Assembly (NCBI GenBank): GCA_963847575.1
Contig: CAWKAL010000072.1
Location: 1-60,943 of the forward strand
Source: an uncultured Gammaproteobacteria bacterium
GTDB lineage: Bacteria; Pseudomonadota; Gammaproteobacteria; SZUA-229
Direction: 5' to 3'
DNA: 60,943 nucleotides
Positions 55,487 through 60,943 of the stretch are shown one piece after another. The position numbers and the translations under genes are program-made. Below the pieces are notes generated by a model. The model searched no databases, was not told the DNA's origin, and saw only the letters and a program-made list of their open reading frames with translations. Position 1 is the stretch's first letter. Each line of letters opens with the position of its first letter.

Positions 55487-56919
55487 GTGTTCGGTGGCGA
55501 TGAACGCCGGCGGCGTTTGCGCGGTGGCCGGCGACGGCGTTTACTACCATCAGAATTATCCGCATCGTCATGCTGTTGCGCGATCGAAGTATGGCCCACC
55601 TGTTTCTGCGTCCACCATTCACAATCGTCCTTGACGGGCTCGCCGGCCTGCGCGCGCAAGCACAAAAAATCATAACCGGCGCGGAACTTGGGATGCGCCA
55701 GCACGGCTTCCATGCGCTTGCCCTTGCGATATGAAAACCGGGTTTGCAGCGCCCAGATATCGCGCATCACCGTGGTAAAGCGTCGCGGTATCGAGACGTA
55801 ACGCACCTGATCGCTGAGCAGGCTGGTGGCTGCTTTCTGAATTGCAATCGAATACGGCATGCCTTCATCGACGCGTTTTTGTGCGGCCGCCTGCAATGGC
55901 GCCCAAAGCAATGCAGCAAACAGGAACGCCGGTGTAATCGGTAAATCTTTCTGCACGCGTGCATCGGTGCTCTGCATTGCCAGTTCGAGAAACTTGCTCG
56001 CCACCGGATCAGTGTCCAGTGCTTTCATCGCAGACGGGAATAAATATTGCATCAGGTTATACTCACGCAAACTTTCAAGACTCGCCATCGCATGACCGGA
56101 ATGAAACATCTTGAGCACTTCATCATAGAGCCGTGCAGCAGGGATATCTTTTAACAAATCACCGTTTTGATAAATAAAATCACGACAACTTTCATCAATG
56201 GTAAAATCCAGCTTGGCGGCAAAACGGATCGCGCGCAACATGCGTACCGGGTCTTCGCGGTAGCGTGTATCAGGATCACCAATCAGGCGCAGGCGTTTTT
56301 GCTGGATGTCTTCCATGCCATCAACATAATCGATCACGCTAAAGTTTGAAATGTCGTAGTACAGTGCGTTTGCGGTGAAGTCGCGTCGCCATACATCTTC
56401 GCCGATATCGCCATAGACATTGTCGCGCAGGATGCGGCCCTCATCGGTCTGTTTGGCAGAGGCCGAATCATCATGTGCTGCGCGGAAGGTGGCGACTTCG
56501 ATAATCATGCGGCCGAACTGCACATGCGCGAGCCGAAACCGGCGCCCGATCAAACGGCTGTTACGAAACAGTTCGGACACCTGTTCAGGGGTGGCGTCGG
56601 TGGCGACGTCAAAATCCTTGGGCGTACGCCGCAGCAGCAAATCACGCACCGCACCACCGACCAGGCAGGCCTTGAAACCTGCCTTGTTGAGCCGGTGCAG
56701 CACCTTGAGTGCGGAATCATCGATATGCTGGCGTGAAATACTGTGTTCGGCGCGGGGAATGACCCTGAGGTGTTCGAGGTGTTGTACCTGCTTTGCTGAC
56801 ACCGCTGGCGGGTGTGCACTTCGCGTAACTTTGTCAGCCTTTGTTTTTGGTTTACGCCTGCCTTTTTTTTCGTCCCTGGCAGTGGCTTTGCGCACACGAT
56901 TTTTTAACCAGCCTAGCAT
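55483..56919 (-). CDS. pcnB: Poly(A) polymerase I
   Basis: VGGAVRDLLL, PKDFDVAT, LIGRRFRLAHV, RRDFTANALY, EDPVRMLRA, HPKFRAGYDFL, basic tail. Confidence 0.96.
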   Translation of the reverse strand: MLGWLKNRVRKATARDEKKGRRKPKTKADKVTRSAHPPAVSAKQVQHLEHLRVIPRAEHSISRQHIDDSALKVLHRLNKAGFKACLVGGAVRDLLLRRTPKDFDVATDATPEQVSELFRNSRLIGRRFRLAHVQFGRMIIEVATFRAAHDDSASAKQTDEGRILRDNVYGDIGEDVWRRDFTANALYYDISNFSVIDYVDGMEDIQQKRLRLIGDPDTRYREDPVRMLRAIRFAAKLDFTIDESCRDFIYQNGDLLKDIPAARLYDEVLKMFHSGHAMASLESLREYNLMQYLFPSAMKALDTDPVASKFLELAMQSTDARVQKDLPITPAFLFAALLWAPLQAAAQKRVDEGMPYSIAIQKAATSLLSDQVRYVSIPRRFTTVMRDIWALQTRFSYRKGKRMEAVLAHPKFRAGYDFLCLRAQAGEPVKDDCEWWTQKQVGHTSIAQQHDDADNSDGSKRRRRPPRKRRRRSSPPNT

Positions 56920-56959
56920 GTAATTGTTCCGTGTAAATGTAAGTTGTGTATTTGCATCA

Positions 56960-57625
56960 TTATGCAGGTTTCAGTAACAGTGTCAGGCCATCGCCAATCG
57001 GCACCAGGCTTTTAATAACGCGCGCATCCTGTTTGATGTGGTCATTGAAACGACGAATCGCGCGCGTACTCGGTTCGATATTCTCTGCATTGGCAACATC
57101 ACCGGACCAGAGCGTGTTGTCGACGGCAATTAATCCGCCGGGACGCACCAGTTCGAGCGACAGCTCGTAATACTGCTGGTAATTCTGTTTGTCGGCATCA
57201 ATAAACACAAAATCATATTGCCCGGCCTCACCGGCATCGAGCAGCTGACGCAGGGTAACAAGCGCATCTTGCAGGCGAAAATCGATGCGTGCTTCAAGCC
57301 CGGCAAGCGCCCAGTATTTTTGCGCGATGCGGGTCCACTCGGCGGAGGCATCGCAACATACCAGGGTACCGTCTTGCGCCAGTGCACCGGCAATACATAT
57401 CGAGCTGTAGCCGGTGAAGGTACCGATTTCAATCGCGCGCGTGGCGCCCAGCAACTTTACCAGCAGCGACATAAACTGTCCCTGCTCGGGCGATATCTGC
57501 ATTTCGGAGAATTCTATGTTGGCAGTTTCAGCACGCAGTTGCGACAACAGCTCAGACTCATCCACGCTGACCGACAGAATATAGTCGTACAGCTGATCAT
57601 CGATGGACAAGGTGCGGTTACTCAA
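56960..57625 (-). CDS. O-methyltransferase (caffeoyl-CoA OMT-like family)
   Basis: MQISPEQGQF, EIGTFTGYS, FIDADK, VDNTLWSG, PIGDGLTL. Confidence 0.9.
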   Translation of the reverse strand: MSNRTLSIDDQLYDYILSVSVDESELLSQLRAETANIEFSEMQISPEQGQFMSLLVKLLGATRAIEIGTFTGYSSICIAGALAQDGTLVCCDASAEWTRIAQKYWALAGLEARIDFRLQDALVTLRQLLDAGEAGQYDFVFIDADKQNYQQYYELSLELVRPGGLIAVDNTLWSGDVANAENIEPSTRAIRRFNDHIKQDARVIKSLVPIGDGLTLLLKPA

Positions 57626-57749
57626 ATCTGCAAACTCCGGAGCTCAATCGCGGGCGGGAAGTCAGGCGCTGCAGGAGACTGCATCGACATGGGGCGAAAT
57701 CATAACAAAAAACAGCAGCTTATACAGCAAAGGATGGTGATTTTTAAGG

Positions 57750-58187
57750 CTATTTCGACAGCGATGGCAAATGCCCGGTATCCCGATAGCGCAAATAGTC
57801 GGCAAGGATTGCGCCATGATCGAATGCCAGCGGCACCTCGATATTGCGTGGATCAAAAATCGCCAGCCTGGCTGCATCATCGGCTGCAGCGGGCGTGCCA
57901 CTGGCATGTGCGACATAGACCAGGCCTACGGTATGGCCGCGCGGGTCACGCGCCGGGTCAGAATAACAGCCGAGCAAGACCTTCAGCTCGACATCGAGGC
58001 AGGTTTCTTCCAGCGCTTCGCGGCGCGCAGCATGCTCCACGGTTTCACCGACATCGACGAAGCCACCGGGAATGGCCCAGCCGGGCGGTGGATATTTACG
58101 TTCGATCAGCACCATCGGGCGATCGGGCCGGTCGATGAGTTCAATAATAATATCGACGGTGAGTTCAGGGGTTTTGGGACGCGGCAT
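57750..58187 (-). CDS. NUDIX hydrolase
   Basis: PGGFVDVGETVEHAARREALEET Nudix box; RDPRGH, LAFDH. Confidence 0.92.
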   Translation of the reverse strand: MPRPKTPELTVDIIIELIDRPDRPMVLIERKYPPPGWAIPGGFVDVGETVEHAARREALEETCLDVELKVLLGCYSDPARDPRGHTVGLVYVAHASGTPAAADDAARLAIFDPRNIEVPLAFDHGAILADYLRYRDTGHLPSLSK

Positions 58188-58571
58188 CAGTTGTCCTGTT
58201 TGAATCGAATAATATGCCGACGTTGTTTCTTGTTCGGCCGGCCCTCGGTCTGTGGTGTCGCCAGCGCAGCCAGTTTCTGGATTTCACGCAATTTCTCGCG
58301 CGCCTGCATGCTCGCCTCGGTTTCTGCATACAGCTGTGCAGCGGCTGTCGCCGGCCCGCGTTTATCCGACAACGCCAGCACTTCGATATCATACTCAAAA
58401 CCGGCACGCTGGATTTGCAAGCTGTCACCGACCTTTAAAGTCCGCCCCGGCTTGACCCGCTGACCACCGAGGTGCACCTTGCCCCCGCTGACGGCCGCAC
58501 GTCGCCAGCGGCCGGGTTTTAAAAAACCGCGCCGCCCACAACCACTTGTCAATTCTGAAGACTTTATCCAT
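58187..58571 (-). CDS. hslR: Ribosome-associated heat shock protein Hsp15 (S4 domain; frameshift near 58500)
   Basis: MDKVFRIDKWLWAARFFKTR / GGKVHLGGQRVKP, RGPA..A..LY.ET, GRPNKKQRR. Confidence 0.9.
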
Positions 58572-58695
58572 TGCCACATTCTAGCGTGTGTGAACACATA
58601 AAAACGATAAGCACCGAGGCCGCAAACGCCACTAACGAATGCAGCACTTCGCAGTAAGCATGGTGTTTAAGCTGGAAACAAAAGATTAAAATCAG

Positions 58696-58713
58696 GCCGC
58701 AAATAACGCAAAT
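58696..58713 (+). repeat. Lone partial GCCGC arm
   Basis: gccgcaaataacgcaaat: two CGCAAA units at 9-nt spacing; no partner arm seen. Confidence 0.5.
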
Positions 58714-58793
58714 GTTTTATTGAAGTAATCCAGAAAACATTAGCATGCTTCAGGCAGCCCCCACGGATAAAGCCAGTATAAACCCGCGGGCTC

Positions 58794-58861
58794 ATTCACT
58801 ATTCACTATTCACTATTCACTATTCACTATTCACTATTCATTATTCATTGTTCATTGTTCA
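58794..58861 (-). repeat. 7-bp tandem array starting in the stop codon of the FecR-like gene
   Basis: Plus strand (ATTCACT)x6, (ATTCATT)x2, GTTCATT, GTTCA. Confidence 0.95.
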
Positions 58862-59832
58862 AAGCGCCACCGCTATCAACGCCACACCCAGCACATACCA
58901 CCACCAGCTCACACCATCGTCATCGTCAGCTTCGGACTGCGCCGGTTCGAGTACGCGCGGGTCAATGTCTTTTTTGACCGGCGCTGCATCAGGCAGGGGA
59001 ATATAGAGTTGATTGCCTTTGGCGACCACGGTGGTCGCGGCTTCATTCTTCACATCCACCAGGCCCTTGATTACCTGCAGGAACAGGCCATCATCATCGG
59101 TATCAATCGTGCCGCCACAGCCTTTTGACTGGAATACGCGCAGGGCGTACTCGGTTCCACGCACACCGACACTGGCAACGGGTGTTTGCAGTTCATAAAC
59201 ATCATCGGCCAGTTTGCCGATTTCGCCGGTGACCTTGCGTAAACTGCCCTGCAGCAGTTTGAGAATACTGCGTCGGTCGGTATTTTGTATGGCGTATTCT
59301 TCAATCACCATGATACTGAAACAACGCAAATCAAGTTTGGCATTATCGATCATCGCCAGGCGCAGAAAACCGTCTTCGCCGGTAATCAGCTTGTCGCCAA
59401 CATACACGCCTTCACCGCTTTTCAGTTTACGCGACACCTTGTCGGGCCCACGGCAACCACCTGCCCGACGGCTGCCACCACGTCACCGACGCGCTTGAGC
59501 GCAATTGCGGGCACCTCCCTGGCGGGCAATGTCAGGCGCACGCCTGCCTTCATACCGGATTCATTTCCATTGACGAATGACGACGGATTGAGTCGCACGA
59601 TGTCACGACGAAGTTGGGGCCAGCGTGCCTCCTGCCCGGGATAAAGCCGGCGCACGATATTGTGCAGGGTCTGGCCGGGCTGTACGTAGAGAAAACGAAT
59701 ATCGGCCTTGATATCAGAGCCGTCGTTGGTGGAATCCGCGAAAGCCGGACTCACAAACATATAAAGACTCGCCGAGCACAGCAGCAGACGATAAAGTACA
59801 CGCGCGATTCGACTCGTACAGGTTTGCATCAT
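58859..59832 (-). CDS. Exported FimV/LysM-like plus FecR-domain protein with C-terminal TM anchor (frameshift near 59440)
   Basis: Signal peptide, YVQPGQTL..I...NPSSF...MKAGVRLTLP; VGDKLITG, LLQGSLR, TPVASVGVRGTEY; WWWYVLGVALIAVAL. Confidence 0.72.
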
Positions 59833-59976
59833 GACTGGAAATACCCGAGGATTGCAGCTTTTATTTTCATCACAAGTATAGACGCCCAGACCAGCAGCGC
59901 CCGGCATTTTGCCCAAAACCAGTGTGTCTATAATTCAAATAAATATAACCAAACCCTGAAACCAACCTGGATCATT

Positions 59977-60090
59977 ATGGAACAACTACTTACGCTGGAT
60001 AACCTGGTCAGTCTCGGCCTGCTGATATTACTGCAGGCCGTGCTCGGGTTTGACAACCTGCTCTATATCTCGCTCGAATCCACAAACTAG
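59977..60090 (+). pseudogene. TerC-family membrane protein, N-terminal stub only
   Basis: MEQLLTLDNLVSLGLLILLQAVLGFDNLLYISLESTN*; TerC signature L...LGxDN; no continuation seen. Confidence 0.7.
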
Positions 60091-60101
60091 GACTGGATAG
60101 C

Positions 60102-60943
60102 ATGCGTTAACCTTCACACTCCTTCTATCGGGCCGCCTTGCGCTGTGTTGCATACGTACTGCGTGTGCGCAGCGACCGTAGCGCTGCTGGCGTGGATGAC
60201 TGCGAGCAGATTACAGATGATCTCGAGCGCCTGGGGTGTTACGACGAAACTAGTCAGCGCCAGACAACCAGTGACGAGGCCTTGCTCCAACGTAACAAGT
60301 TATCGGAAGCCGCCCAGGTCAACCCGTTTACGCTTGCGCCCTACCGACCCAATTATCTGCTACCGCTGTCTTATGATACCAAACCGAATCGGGATCCGTT
60401 CGAGCAGTTTATCGATCCGGGCGGCACCATGGACACATAGAAGTCAAGTTCCAGTTCAGCTTCCAGGTCGATATTCACGCGACCTCTTCGACACCGGTAT
60501 CGGTCTTTACTTCGCCTACACCCAGCTCGCCTTCTGGCAGGCCTATAATTCAAGTGTTTCAACACCATTCAGAGAAACCAATTACGAACCGGAGATGGGT
60601 TTCAAGATGGATCCGCATTACGAGCTGTTCGGCCTGCGAAATTTCCAGGCTCGCCTCGGCATCGTGCATCAGTCGAACGGACGCAGCGATCCGCTGTCGC
60701 GCAGCTGGAACCGGGTCGTCGGCACCCTCATGTTCAGTCGCGGGAATTATGTTGCGGTGGTACGGCCGTGGGTTCGCATCCCCGAATCAGACGCTGACGA
60801 CAACAATCCCGATATCGAAGATTACCTGGGGAATTTTGAGTTCTACAATATCTACAAGAATGGCGAGTCCACCTACGCGGTGATGCTAAGGAACAACCTG
60901 CAAACCACCGACAACCGCGGCGCGATACAAATTGATATAAACG
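60102..60943 (+). CDS. pldA: Outer membrane phospholipase A1 (OMPLA), frameshifted, runs off window
   Basis: C..I.D..ERL.CYD, YRPNYLLP, EVKFQFSF, YTQ...WQ, PFRETNYEPE, catalytic HQSNG, SRSWNR, DDNNPDIEDYLG. Confidence 0.88.

Noticed and set aside
58794-58861. Tandem repeats as a CRISPR array
   Set aside because: 7-bp units with no spacers and no cas genes in the window.
58745-59128. ORF containing [15 protein letters not shown]
   Set aside because: Translation of the heptamer array, antisense to the FecR-like gene; spurious.

Overview
A Gammaproteobacterial chromosomal segment, mostly minus strand. The housekeeping backbone runs nuoA-G, tRNA-Leu, secG-tpiA-glmM-folP-ftsH-rlmE, yhbY, greA-carB-carA, then gltX, queG, pgi, ppc, panD-panC-panB-dNK-folK-pcnB, an O-methyltransferase, NUDIX, hslR, a LysM/FecR-like gene, a TerC stub and pldA. 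A ~26 kb AT-richer surface-polysaccharide cluster (rmlBACD, wzm/wzt, fdt-like genes, asnB, methyltransferases, a TagF-like/MTase fusion, WcaJ-like transferase, and a decayed IS21) lies between tRNA-Ala(GGC) and tRNA-Glu(TTC). Many single-base frameshifts, including in essential genes, look like long-read indel errors. Main finding: a GxxExxY (PD-(D/E)xK-like) gene between carA and carB is bracketed by ~27-bp inverted repeats built from three CGC(A/G)AA units at 9-10 nt spacing. The same arm pair occurs without the gene at four more sites (nuoG/F, nuoF/E, yhbY/greA, queG/pgi), each just after a stop codon, plus one lone arm. This is a candidate nuclease-associated mobile or hairpin cassette family with non-autonomous copies; its mobility is inferred, not shown. 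A second, unrelated family of 7-bp TGAATAG tandem arrays begins at the stop codons of folP, ftsH, ppc, panD and the FecR-like gene. Also notable: a candidate leader-peptide attenuator upstream of carA and a candidate phospho-base (phosphocholine-like) glycan-modification module.
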